A stretch of 64,000 nt of DNA from Alphaproteobacteria bacterium (GTDB taxonomy: Bacteria > Pseudomonadota > Alphaproteobacteria > SP197), in assembly GCA_965228895.1 (NCBI GenBank), contig OZ245842.1, positions 4,480,001 to 4,544,000 of the forward strand, written 5' to 3'. The notes beneath the pieces are model-generated. The model searched no databases, had not been told where the DNA came from, and saw only the letters and a list, made by a program, of their open reading frames with translations. A program made the position numbers and the translations under genes. Positions within the stretch are counted from its first letter, which is position 1, and every line of letters begins with the position of its first letter. Shown here piece after piece: positions 10,070-19,275 of this stretch.

Positions 10070-12012
10070 TCGTCGCCACGGCCGGCCATGTGGACCATGG
10101 CAAGACGGCGCTGATCCGCGCGCTGACCGGCGTCGAAACCGACCGGCTGCCGGAAGAAAAGAAGCGCGGGCTGACCATCGATCTCGGCTTCGCCTATCTG
10201 CCGCTCGAGGACGGCTCGGTTCTGGGGTTTATCGACGTGCCCGGCCACGAAAAGTTTCTGCGCAACATGGTGGCCGGTGTCGCCGGCATCGACATCGCAC
10301 TCCTCGTCGTCGCCGCCGATGACGGTGTCATGCCGCAGACAATCGAACACCTCGCGGTCCTGGATCTGCTCGGCGTGCGGGAGGGTCTGGTCGCCTTGAC
10401 CAAGACCGACATCGTCGACAGCAGCCGGGTCGCCTCGGTCAAGAACGACATCGGCGCACTGTTGGCCGATACCAGCCTCGCCGACAGTCCCGTGTTTCCG
10501 GTTGCCGCACCGGCCGGAACCGGCATCGACGACCTGCGCGACCACCTGGAATCACTCGCCGGTGCTGTAAGCGAACGACGAGACACCGGCAACTTCCGAC
10601 TGGCCGTCGACCGCAGCTTCACCATTCCGGGCGCCGGCACGGTTGTGACCGGCACGGTGTTCTCCGGACACGCTTCGACCGGTGGCCGCCTCTATGTCGC
10701 GCCCGCCATGCGCGAGGTCAGGTTGCGCGGGATACACGCCCAGGATCGCCCATCGGACGATGCGCGCGCAGGCTGGCGCTGCGCGCTTAACCTCGTCGGC
10801 ATCGAACGCGACGAGGTCGCGCGCGGCGACTGGATCGTCGCGGCGGGCGCGCCGCCGCCATCGCGTCGTCTCGACATTCGTCTTCGCGTGCTCGGCAGCG
10901 AAGACAAACCGCTGAAGCATTGGGCACCCGTTCATGTCCACCACGGCGCGGCCCACATGCACGGCCATGTCGCGGTGATCGGCGCAGGATCGATCGCACC
11001 CGGCGAGACTGGCCTTGCGCAGCTCGTGCTCGACACGCCGGCCGTCGCGGCAAGCGGCGATGCGGTCGTGCTGCGCGATCAATCGGCGCAGCGCACCCTA
11101 GGCGGCGGCCGGGTCATCGACCCAGGCGGCCCTGCCCGCGGCCGCGCGCGGCCGTCGCGGGTTGCCGCGCTCGACGCCTTGGAAACCCGCGATAACGCGG
11201 CCGCTCTTGCCGCCATGCTCGCGTTGCCGGGCGCGGGCGTGGCGCTGGAGGGATTTCGCCGCAACCGCAATCTTACGGACGATGAGGCCCGCGCACTGTT
11301 CGCCGAAGCCGACCTCAAGATCACCGGACGCAGCGACGACACGATCGGCCTGTCGCCCGCCAGATGGACCGTCCTGCTCGACACGGTCGAACAAGCGGTC
11401 GGACGCTGGCACGGCGACCACCCCGACCGGCTTGGCCCGACGCCGGAGGAACTGCGCCGCGCCGCCGCGTGGGGCCAGGACCGCAACCTGTTGCAGGAGA
11501 TACTGGCTACGTTGGTCGGCGAAGGCCGGCTTCAGCGTCGTGGCATGGTGGTCCACAAACCCGATCACGATGTCCGGCTCAACGCCAAGGACGACGCACT
11601 GTGGCAGCAGGTCCGTGCCCACCTCTCACCCGACCACGGCAGCCCGCCGGCGCTATGGCAGCTCGCCGAAACCATCGGCAGCGAGCCGGAAACGCTTGAC
11701 CGGTTTCTCGGCCGCCTCGCCGGCATGGGTCTTGTCATGCGCGTTGCGCGCAACCGTTATCTCACACCCGAAGACGCCGCCCGCTACGGCCGCGTCGCCG
11801 AGAAACTCGCGACCACCGACGAGCCCGGCCTGACCGCCGCCAGCTTTCGCGATGCCGCCGGTGTCGGACGCAACTTCGCCATCGACCTCCTGGAGTTTCT
11901 TGACCGCGCCGGTCTAACCCTTAGACAGGGTGCGCGGCGCAGCCTGCGCCGTTCCGCCGCCGATGTCTTTGGCGCGGATAGTTCGGCCACCAAAGACCGT
12001 GCCCATGCTTAA
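10066..12012 (+). CDS. selB: Selenocysteine-specific elongation factor
   Basis: [35 protein letters not shown]-terminal winged helix [19 protein letters not shown]; GTGA overlap with selA. Confidence 0.97.
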   Translation: MIVATAGHVDHGKTALIRALTGVETDRLPEEKKRGLTIDLGFAYLPLEDGSVLGFIDVPGHEKFLRNMVAGVAGIDIALLVVAADDGVMPQTIEHLAVLDLLGVREGLVALTKTDIVDSSRVASVKNDIGALLADTSLADSPVFPVAAPAGTGIDDLRDHLESLAGAVSERRDTGNFRLAVDRSFTIPGAGTVVTGTVFSGHASTGGRLYVAPAMREVRLRGIHAQDRPSDDARAGWRCALNLVGIERDEVARGDWIVAAGAPPPSRRLDIRLRVLGSEDKPLKHWAPVHVHHGAAHMHGHVAVIGAGSIAPGETGLAQLVLDTPAVAASGDAVVLRDQSAQRTLGGGRVIDPGGPARGRARPSRVAALDALETRDNAAALAAMLALPGAGVALEGFRRNRNLTDDEARALFAEADLKITGRSDDTIGLSPARWTVLLDTVEQAVGRWHGDHPDRLGPTPEELRRAAAWGQDRNLLQEILATLVGEGRLQRRGMVVHKPDHDVRLNAKDDALWQQVRAHLSPDHGSPPALWQLAETIGSEPETLDRFLGRLAGMGLVMRVARNRYLTPEDAARYGRVAEKLATTDEPGLTAASFRDAAGVGRNFAIDLLEFLDRAGLTLRQGARRSLRRSAADVFGADSSATKDRAHA

Positions 12013-13174
12013 GTCGTTCTCTGTCGAAGCGCTCGCCGCCGGCCTGCTCGCCTCGTTTGTCGGGTTCGCCAGTTCGTTCGCCGTCATCATCCAAGGGCTG
12101 ACCGCGGTCGGCGCGACCCAGGCCGAAGCCGCGTCCGGCCTCATCGCGCTCTCGATCTCCATGGGCCTGTGCGCGATCTGGCTCAGCCTCAGATCCAAGC
12201 TGCCGATATCGGTTGCCTGGTCGACCCCTGGCGCCGCGCTCTTGGCAACCACAGGTGCGATCGAAGGCGGTTTCTCTGCGGCGGTCGGCGCCTTCATCGT
12301 CACCGGCGTGCTGCTGGTGGTTGCGGGTTTGTGGAAACCGCTCGGCCGCTGGGTCGCCGCGATCCCCGCGCCGCTGGCCAATGCCATGCTGGCGGGCGTG
12401 ATCCTAGGATTGTGCCTGGCGCCGGTCAAAGCGGTCGCCGAACTGCCGGCGCTTGCCTTGCCGATTGTCATCGTCTGGGCCGTGGTCGCGCGGTTCAGCA
12501 GGATCTACGCCGTGCCGGTCGCCGTCGTCGTGACAGCGGTGATCATCGGCGTCACCACAGACGTGTCGAGCATGAAAATGGGATCGCTGTGGCCGGAGCC
12601 GGTCCTGGTCATGCCGACCTTCCCGCCCGCCGCGATGATCGGCATAGCCTTGCCGCTCTTCATCGTCACCATGGCATCGCAAAACATTCCGGGCATGGCG
12701 GTCTTGAACGCCAACGGTTATCGGCCCAACCCCAGCCCGCTCTTCGCCACCACCGGCTTGTTCAGCCTGTTCTCCGCGCCATTCGGCGGCCATGCGGTGA
12801 ACCTGGCAGCAATCACCGCGTCACTGTGCGCCAGCGACAACGCCCATCCCGATCCGGCGCGCCGCTACTGGGCCGCCGTCGTCGCAGGCGTCGGCTATGT
12901 CCTGTTCGGTCTGATGGCGGGTGCAGCGACGGCGTTCATCGCGGTTTCGCCGCCCATCCTGATCCAGGCGGTCGCCGGCCTTGCTCTGCTGGGCGCGCTC
13001 GGCACCTCCATGGTCCAGGCGCTGAGCGAGGCCAGGGATCGCGAAGCCGCCATCGTCACCTTTCTGGTAACCGCGTCGGGCTTGGCGTTTCTCGGCATCA
13101 GCGGCGCGTTCTGGGGGTTGATCGCCGGCGGCGCGGTGATGGCGCTGACACGTTGGCGGCGCGGCAAGGCATGA
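12005..13174 (+). CDS. benE: BenE-family (benzoate/H+ symporter-like) membrane transporter
   Basis: AWSTPGAALL, PLFIVTMASQNIPG, NLAAITA, FLVTASG..FLGISGAFWGL motifs; overlaps the selB 3' end. Confidence 0.88.
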   Translation: MLKSFSVEALAAGLLASFVGFASSFAVIIQGLTAVGATQAEAASGLIALSISMGLCAIWLSLRSKLPISVAWSTPGAALLATTGAIEGGFSAAVGAFIVTGVLLVVAGLWKPLGRWVAAIPAPLANAMLAGVILGLCLAPVKAVAELPALALPIVIVWAVVARFSRIYAVPVAVVVTAVIIGVTTDVSSMKMGSLWPEPVLVMPTFPPAAMIGIALPLFIVTMASQNIPGMAVLNANGYRPNPSPLFATTGLFSLFSAPFGGHAVNLAAITASLCASDNAHPDPARRYWAAVVAGVGYVLFGLMAGAATAFIAVSPPILIQAVAGLALLGALGTSMVQALSEARDREAAIVTFLVTASGLAFLGISGAFWGLIAGGAVMALTRWRRGKA

Positions 13175-13191
13175 ACCATGGTCAACGACAT

Positions 13192-13286
13192 GGAAAGGGG
13201 TCGCATCCGGTGATGCGCCCGGTCTTCAAAACCGGTGAGACGCGTTCAACGGGTCTGGTGGGTTCGACTCCCACCCCTTTCCGCCA
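13192..13286 (+). tRNA. selC: tRNA-Sec (anticodon TCA)
   Basis: 8-bp acceptor stem GGAAAGGG/CCCTTTCC plus GCCA; 6-bp D stem CGCATC/GATGCG; anticodon arm CCGGT-CTTCAAA-ACCGG; long variable arm; 5-bp T stem GTGGG-TTCGACT-CCCAC (bacterial 8/5 fold). Confidence 0.97.
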
Positions 13287-13304
13287 AACCCTTCCGATGG
13301 GCCG

Positions 13305-15500
13305 ATGACGCCAGCCGAACCGGTGACCTCAGACATCGTGCTGGTCGGCGGCGGTCACGCCCATGTCGAGGTCATCCGCCGCTTCGCCATGGAGCCTGAG
13401 CCCGGCGTGCGTCTGACGATCGTCGCGCGCGACACCTTCACGCCCTATTCCGGCATGCTGCCGGGCTATCTTGCCGGTCACTATGACCACACCGCCTGCC
13501 ATATCGACCTGAGGCCTCTGGCACGCCTGGCCCGCGCCCGCTTGATCCACGCGCCGGCGACCGGCCTTGATCCGATCGCGCAAACCGTCGCCATCGAGGG
13601 CCGTCCGCCGATCCCCTATGACCTCGCGTCGATCGATATCGGCTCAGTGCCGACCAAACTGGGCATCGACGGCGCCGATGACCACGCCATCCCGGTCAAG
13701 CCGGTCGACCAATTCCTGACCCGATGGCAGAACGTCGAAGCGCGTTTGACCGAAACCAGCGGCCCATTTCGCCTGACGATCGTGGGCGGCGGTGCGGGCG
13801 GTGTCGAGGTGGCGCTTTCCCTACGCCACCGGCTGCGCCGTTACCTCGCCGAGAACGCTGGTGACCCCGACCGTCTCGCCGTCACCGTCATCACCGACCG
13901 CGACACCGTCCTGCATCAGCATGCCATGCCGGTTCGCCGCGCGATGATCCGCGCACTCGACCAGCGGGACGTGACGATCGTGACGGGCCACAAGGTGGTG
14001 GCGTTTCACGCCGACCGCGTTGCCTGCGATCCCCAGATGGAGATTACCAGCGACGCCGCCGTCCTGGTGACCCATGCGGCCGCCCATCCCTGGCTGGCAT
14101 CGACCGGACTTGATCTGGACGACAGCGGCTTCATCAAGGTCGGGCCAACGCTGCAGTCGGTGTCGCACGCCGGGGTGTTCGCCGCCGGCGATGTCGCGGC
14201 GTTCACCACCCAGCCGCTCGCCAAAAGTGGGGTCTATGCCGTGCGCAAGGGGCCGATCCTGGCCGACAACCTGCGACGCTTGGCGCGCGGGTTACGGCCG
14301 CAGCCCTATCGTCCGCAGGGCCGCACCCTCGCGCTGATCTCGACCGGCGACCAGAATGCGGTGGCGTCCTGGGGACCCCTTGCGGTCGAAGGCGCCTGGG
14401 TCTGGCGTTGGAAAGACCGCATCGACCGGCGCTGGATGGCGGTCTACCAGGATATCGAGCCCATGCCCGAGGATCCCGCGGATCCCATGCGGTGCGGCGG
14501 CTGTGGCGCCAAGGCGCCGGCGGTCGTCCTGGATCGCGCGCTCGAGCGCCTCGACATCAAAGCCAACGCATCACTGGTCGCCGGCCTCGATGCACCGGAC
14601 GATGCCGCCGTCTTCACGCCGCCCGCCGGTCAGGTTGCCGTGCAGACCGTCGACCAATTTCGCGCGCTCGTCGACGATCCCCATCTGTTCGGACGGCTCA
14701 TGGCGGTCCACGGTCTGGGCGATCTTCATGCCATGGGCGCAACACCCGCCGTTGCCTTAGCGCTGGTCGGCCTGCCGTTTGCCGACCCGGATCGCATGGA
14801 GTCGGATCTCGTGCAGGTGCTCTCGGGCGCGCTTCAGGTTCTGAACGACGAAGACTGCGTGCTGGCCGGCGGCCACACCAGCGAGGCCCAAGAGTTCACC
14901 TTCGGCTTGGCGTTGACCGGCTTTGCCCGTCAGGACGAGCTACTTGTGAAGGGAGGCTTGCGTTCGGGTGACGACCTGATCCTGACCAAGCCCTTGGGCA
15001 CCGGCGTGTTGTTCGCCGCCGACATGCGCGGCGCGGCCAAGAGTGCCTGGATCGAGGCGGCACTGGCCTCGATGCTGCAATCGAGTGCGATGGCCGCCAC
15101 CTGCCTGAAAACCCACGGCGCAACCGCGGCGACCGATGTCACCGGCTTCGGCCTGGCCGGACATCTCGGCGAAATGGTGCGGGCGTCGTCAGTCGATGCC
15201 GAGTTGTGGTTGGAGTCACTTCCAATATTGGCGGGCGCGCGCGACCTGTTCGCGCGCGGTATTGCCAGCACGCTGCAGCCGGCCAACTTCGAAAGCTCAG
15301 CAACCGCGCTAAGCGACGGCACCGACCCCATCCTGTTCGATCCGCAGACCGCCGGCGGCCTGCTGGCTGGCATCCCACACGACAGAACCGCCGCATGCCT
15401 GAAAGACCTCAACGACGCGGGCTATCAATCAGCCCGCGTCGTAGGGCGTGTCACGGAGTCAGGCTCTGGTCAGATCGCGATTAGAGCGGATCTCCTCTAG
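13305..15500 (+). CDS. selD: Fusion of an FAD/NAD pyridine nucleotide-disulfide oxidoreductase and selenide,water dikinase
   Basis: N-terminal LVGGGHAH, YSGMLPG, VGGGAGG, FAAGD; C-terminal CGGCGAK, DDAAV, GGHTSE, LTKPLGTG, TDVTGFGLAGHL, DPQTAGGLL. Confidence 0.93.
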   Translation: MTPAEPVTSDIVLVGGGHAHVEVIRRFAMEPEPGVRLTIVARDTFTPYSGMLPGYLAGHYDHTACHIDLRPLARLARARLIHAPATGLDPIAQTVAIEGRPPIPYDLASIDIGSVPTKLGIDGADDHAIPVKPVDQFLTRWQNVEARLTETSGPFRLTIVGGGAGGVEVALSLRHRLRRYLAENAGDPDRLAVTVITDRDTVLHQHAMPVRRAMIRALDQRDVTIVTGHKVVAFHADRVACDPQMEITSDAAVLVTHAAAHPWLASTGLDLDDSGFIKVGPTLQSVSHAGVFAAGDVAAFTTQPLAKSGVYAVRKGPILADNLRRLARGLRPQPYRPQGRTLALISTGDQNAVASWGPLAVEGAWVWRWKDRIDRRWMAVYQDIEPMPEDPADPMRCGGCGAKAPAVVLDRALERLDIKANASLVAGLDAPDDAAVFTPPAGQVAVQTVDQFRALVDDPHLFGRLMAVHGLGDLHAMGATPAVALALVGLPFADPDRMESDLVQVLSGALQVLNDEDCVLAGGHTSEAQEFTFGLALTGFARQDELLVKGGLRSGDDLILTKPLGTGVLFAADMRGAAKSAWIEAALASMLQSSAMAATCLKTHGATAATDVTGFGLAGHLGEMVRASSVDAELWLESLPILAGARDLFARGIASTLQPANFESSATALSDGTDPILFDPQTAGGLLAGIPHDRTAACLKDLNDAGYQSARVVGRVTESGSGQIAIRADLL

Positions 15501-16705
15501 GCGCGATAGCCGTCCGGCACCATCATGAAGTCGCCGACGTCGTAAAGCGCGGGATCGGTCTCTTGTAGCAAGTCTTTGCGCAGCGACTGCAGCAATTCGG
15601 CCAACGACGTCTCGTGCCACAGCCAGTCGGTGAGCTCCTTCTGATCGACCATGCCCGGCCGCGCGGTCGCCGCTTCCAGATAAAAGGCCTTCAGGTCCTC
15701 GGCCGACAAACGCAAGGCATCGGCGCTGCCGACCGTCTCGATCGGACTTTCGCGGGTGTCACCGGCGAGCCAACCGTCCAAAAAACGGGCGGCATCGGTC
15801 ATCTCTAGGCCGCTCAAGCCAACCGACGTGCGGCCGCGCCGGTCGCGGCCGACGTCATACCACGGCTGCAACTGACCGATCTCGGCCAGCACGGCTTCGC
15901 GCAGACCGGTCCGGTCTTCCGGTGCCGGCGGTTTGGGGAAACTCACCGGGCAAACCCAGCTCTCCATGCCCTCATCCGCCACTTCTTCCGGTGCGTCTTC
16001 GGGGAAGTCGACCAGCACCGGACCCTCCGGCGCGTCGAACAGGTCGAGCGCGGCCTTCAGAACCTTCGTCTGAAAGGCCGGATTGTTCGGCACGCCGAAC
16101 GGGCGCCCCAGAGGGAACGGCACCCAAAGCGCACGCGGCGGCATGAGCTTTTCGTTGTGCTCACGCACCAGCGCGATGATCACCGTCGCCAGGCCTTCGT
16201 CTTCCAAATACTTCGCTAGTCCGCCAACGGCGCACGTACAAAGCGGTCAGACGGGGGCGAGGACGACCGTGTTGACGCCGTCGGCCTTCAGGATACCGGC
16301 GAGCTCGCGAACCGCCGGCTCCATCAAGGTCGGGTCGGTCGCGCCCATGAACGAATAGTGGAAGTCGGCAACCGAACCGATCGTTCCTTCATCGGCCAGT
16401 TCGTTCAGCCGGTGCAACGGAAACGCGATGTTGACGTCCTGATGGAAACCCGTGCGGTCGTGGGTGGTCGAAACATGATCCATGACCACATCGTCGACCC
16501 TGTCCGCCGGGATCACGCGATAGTCCGCCGCGTCGGCGGCGAACGGCTGGTCACTCTTCAGCTTGAGGCCCGCCGAAGAGATCAATGCCACCCGCCGCTC
16601 CTTGGCCGGAGCCGGCTCGGTCCAGGGCTCGATCTCTATCTCGGGCACCGCCCAGTCTTCCAGGAACTCTCTTGCATCGGCGTCGAGGTCCGCCAGTCTC
16701 ACCAT
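15497..16705 (-). CDS. PrdB/GrdB-like selenoprotein (Sec at codon 153, UxxC) with a C-terminal extension, 402 aa
   Basis: ORFs 16247..16705 and 15497..16207 are in the same frame, separated only by TGA at 16247-16249. Readthrough gives VVLAPV-U-PLCTCAVGGLAKYLEDEGLATV...PPRALWVPFPLGRPFG. N-terminal VALISSAG, DVNIAFPLHRL and HYSFMG match the selenoprotein B family. GGAAGGAG RBS. Confidence 0.88.
16211..16246 (-). promoter_or_regulatory. Putative bacterial SECIS hairpin
   Basis: Directly 3' of the UGA: CCG CTTTG TA C GTGCGCC [GTT] GGCGGAC TA G CGAAG. Stems CTTTG/CGAAG, TA/TA, GT/AC and CGCC/GGCG; the apical loop starts with G after an 18-nt spacer from the UGA. Folded by hand. Confidence 0.65.
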
Positions 16706-16759
16706 GTCTTCTCTCCTTCCCCGATCCGGTTGTGAGCCTCGCGGACAAGCAGAAGCCTG

Positions 16760-18214
16760 TCAACTCACGGCTTCACGGGTCGGCAACATCATCGGCGCCA
16801 TCTCGTCGGCCGTGCGGCCCGCCCAATCGAGTTCCGACACGCGTTCCAGCATGCGCGCCTGGGCGCGCTGCAGGCGTTCGGACTCCTCCGCAAGATCGAT
16901 GGTTGTCAGCTTGCCGTCTTGTACCACCGCCTCGCCGTCCACATAGACATCGCGGACCGCGCGTTCGGCGGCGACCACCAACAGGCTGCGCAGCGGTTCA
17001 CGCACCGGCATCATCGCGGGGTGTTCGAGGTCAACGACAACAAAGTCGGCCCGGGCGCCCGGCGCCAGCCGGCCGATATCGTCGCGGCGCAGCGCCTTGG
17101 CGCCGCCTGATGTCGCGGCGTTGAAGACATCGAGATAGTCGAGGTCCGCGACACTTTCACCGATGACACGCGCGGCGACCGCCGCGGTGCGCATTTCCTC
17201 CAGCATGTTGTGCGGGTAGGTGTCGGTGCCGATCCCCATGTTGACGCCGCGCCGGACGTATTCGCCGAACGTGCGCAGCGTGATGCCGCGCCGCGAAAAC
17301 ACGGTCGGACAATGGGCGACGGCCGCGCCGCGCTCGGCCATCAGGTCGAGATCGCGGTGCGACGACCAGTGCAGCCAGGGATGGTGATCCAGAAAGATGC
17401 AGTGGGCGATGATGCTGCGTTCGTCCAGCACGCCCAAGTCGGCCATCCACTGGATCGGCGTCTTGCCGTGACGGCGCTGCATCTCCAGAAACTCGGTCAC
17501 CGACTGCGCCGCATGAATGGTCCACGGCAGGTTGCGTTCGGCGGCGTAGGCGTGGCTGTCGCGTAGCAAACCTTCGCCACACGTATCGACTTGGGACGGC
17601 GAGAGCATGCCATCGAGACGGCCGGAAGGGTGCTGGCGCGCCAGTTCGATCACCCGGCAGGCGGCATCGAACCGTTCGCGCCCGGCCTTTTCGTCCCAAT
17701 CGTATTGCAGCTTGTAGCCGTCGGATGTGTACCAGCGGGCATCGCGAAAGAACGGCGCAGCCACCGCGCGGATGCCGCTATCGGCGAGCGCGTCGAGCCA
17801 GCCATCGAAGGCCGCCGACAGATCGACCACGGTGGTGACGCCCGATAGCAGCAGTTCCGCCAACGCGACCTTCAGGCATGCCATGCGCCCCTCGTCATCG
17901 GCGGGGTCGAAAACCGGCAGATGTTCATAGAGCGAGCTGTGCCAAAACCCCGGTGAGTGGGTTTCATCGGTGATGCCCTTGCGCATGGTCTCGCTGGTCG
18001 GATGGCTGTGGACGTTGATCAGGCCCGGCATCACCAAACGCCCGGAACCGTCGATCTCCATCCCGGCCGGACCGTCATAGCCTTTGCCGACAAACGTGAC
18101 GGCACCGCCGGAGAAAGCGAGGTCGGCGTTACGCAGATAGACATGGCGTGCCTCGGCCGCATCCCAGGCGACCAGCCAGTCAATGCCACGGATAACGGTC
18201 GTCTCGCTCATCAC
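16760..18214 (-). CDS. Metal-dependent amidohydrolase (chlorohydrolase/deaminase-like)
   Basis: PGLINVHSH, TIHAAQS, AHCIFL, HCPTVF, GIGTDTYP; same strand as and 54 bp upstream of the selenoprotein gene. Confidence 0.85.
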   Translation of the reverse strand: MMSETTVIRGIDWLVAWDAAEARHVYLRNADLAFSGGAVTFVGKGYDGPAGMEIDGSGRLVMPGLINVHSHPTSETMRKGITDETHSPGFWHSSLYEHLPVFDPADDEGRMACLKVALAELLLSGVTTVVDLSAAFDGWLDALADSGIRAVAAPFFRDARWYTSDGYKLQYDWDEKAGRERFDAACRVIELARQHPSGRLDGMLSPSQVDTCGEGLLRDSHAYAAERNLPWTIHAAQSVTEFLEMQRRHGKTPIQWMADLGVLDERSIIAHCIFLDHHPWLHWSSHRDLDLMAERGAAVAHCPTVFSRRGITLRTFGEYVRRGVNMGIGTDTYPHNMLEEMRTAAVAARVIGESVADLDYLDVFNAATSGGAKALRRDDIGRLAPGARADFVVVDLEHPAMMPVREPLRSLLVVAAERAVRDVYVDGEAVVQDGKLTTIDLAEESERLQRAQARMLERVSELDWAGRTADEMAPMMLPTREAVS

Positions 18215-18318
18215 ATCTCTCCCCTGCCGCCTGAAACTTGGCCTACACTGTCACTCTATGACACGACGCGGTGCATCATTATGCTGCACCGCGTCGGCGT
18301 TGACAGGGAGGATAACCG

Positions 18319-19275
18319 TTGACCGCAACCGATCTCTACCCGCCATACGAGCCGTGGGACAGTTTCGCGCTTCCGGTCAGCGATCTTCACACGCTTCATG
18401 TCGAGCAAGGCGGCAAGGCGGACGGGGTCCCGGTTGTCTTTCTGCATGGCGGGCCGGGCGATATCTGGTCGCCGGCGATCTACCGCTTCTTTGATCCCGA
18501 CCACTATCGCGTCATCGCGTTCGATCAGCGCGGCGTCAATCGGTCGACGCCGGCCGGCGAACTCCGTGACAACACGACGCCCCATCTGATCGCCGATATC
18601 GAGGCGATCCGGCAGCATCTGGGCATTGAACGGTGGATTGTCTTCGGCGGATCCTGGGGCAGCGCCCTGGCCCTGGCCTATGCCCTGGAACATCGTGACA
18701 GCGTTCTGGCGCTTGTCGTGCGCGGTATCTATCTGGGCGATCCCGACGACGACATCTGGGGTTTCAGCCATTGTCGGAACATCCTGCCGGAGGCCTGGGA
18801 TGAACTCGCAAGCCACTTTCCGGCCGGCGACCACGACAATCTCTTCGCCGCCTGCGCGCGCGATATCGATGATGACGACGACGCACGTGCGATGGAAGTC
18901 GCCAAAGCGTTCGACGTTTTCTCCGGCTTGCTCTGCGGCAACACGACAAAGCGCGACGACATTCCCCTACACAAGTCAACCGACGCGGAGACCCTGGTCA
19001 CGTCGCGTCTGTCGCTCGCCTATTTCGCCAACGATATCTACCTGCCGCCCATGCACTTGCCGAACAACGTGCACAAGCTCGCCGGCATACCCGGCGCGAT
19101 CGTGCAGGGCCGCCGCGACCTCATCTGTCCGGCGCGCAATGCCTGGCTCTTGCACAAGGCCTGGCCGGAGGCGACGCTGACGATCAGCGACGAGGCCGGT
19201 CACGCGCCGTTCGAGGACGGAAACCGCGAGGCCCTTGTGACTGCGATGGAAACCTTGAAGGATCTGAAGCTGTGA
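18319..19275 (+). CDS. pip: Proline iminopeptidase (alpha/beta hydrolase, S33)
   Basis: LHGGPG, FDQRG, NTTPHLIADIE, FGGSWGS, VQGRRDLICP, AGH motifs. Confidence 0.88.
   Translation: MTATDLYPPYEPWDSFALPVSDLHTLHVEQGGKADGVPVVFLHGGPGDIWSPAIYRFFDPDHYRVIAFDQRGVNRSTPAGELRDNTTPHLIADIEAIRQHLGIERWIVFGGSWGSALALAYALEHRDSVLALVVRGIYLGDPDDDIWGFSHCRNILPEAWDELASHFPAGDHDNLFAACARDIDDDDDARAMEVAKAFDVFSGLLCGNTTKRDDIPLHKSTDAETLVTSRLSLAYFANDIYLPPMHLPNNVHKLAGIPGAIVQGRRDLICPARNAWLLHKAWPEATLTISDEAGHAPFEDGNREALVTAMETLKDLKL

Noticed and set aside
13192-13286. selC as the attachment site of a genomic island
   Set aside because: No integrase and no duplicated tRNA 3' end were seen in the window.
16706-16762. The amidohydrolase TGA stop is in frame with the selenoprotein ATG via 18 sense codons (possible second Sec readthrough)
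   Set aside because: The selenoprotein has its own strong RBS, the amidohydrolase looks complete, and no convincing SECIS follows. Open in-frame gaps are common at high GC.
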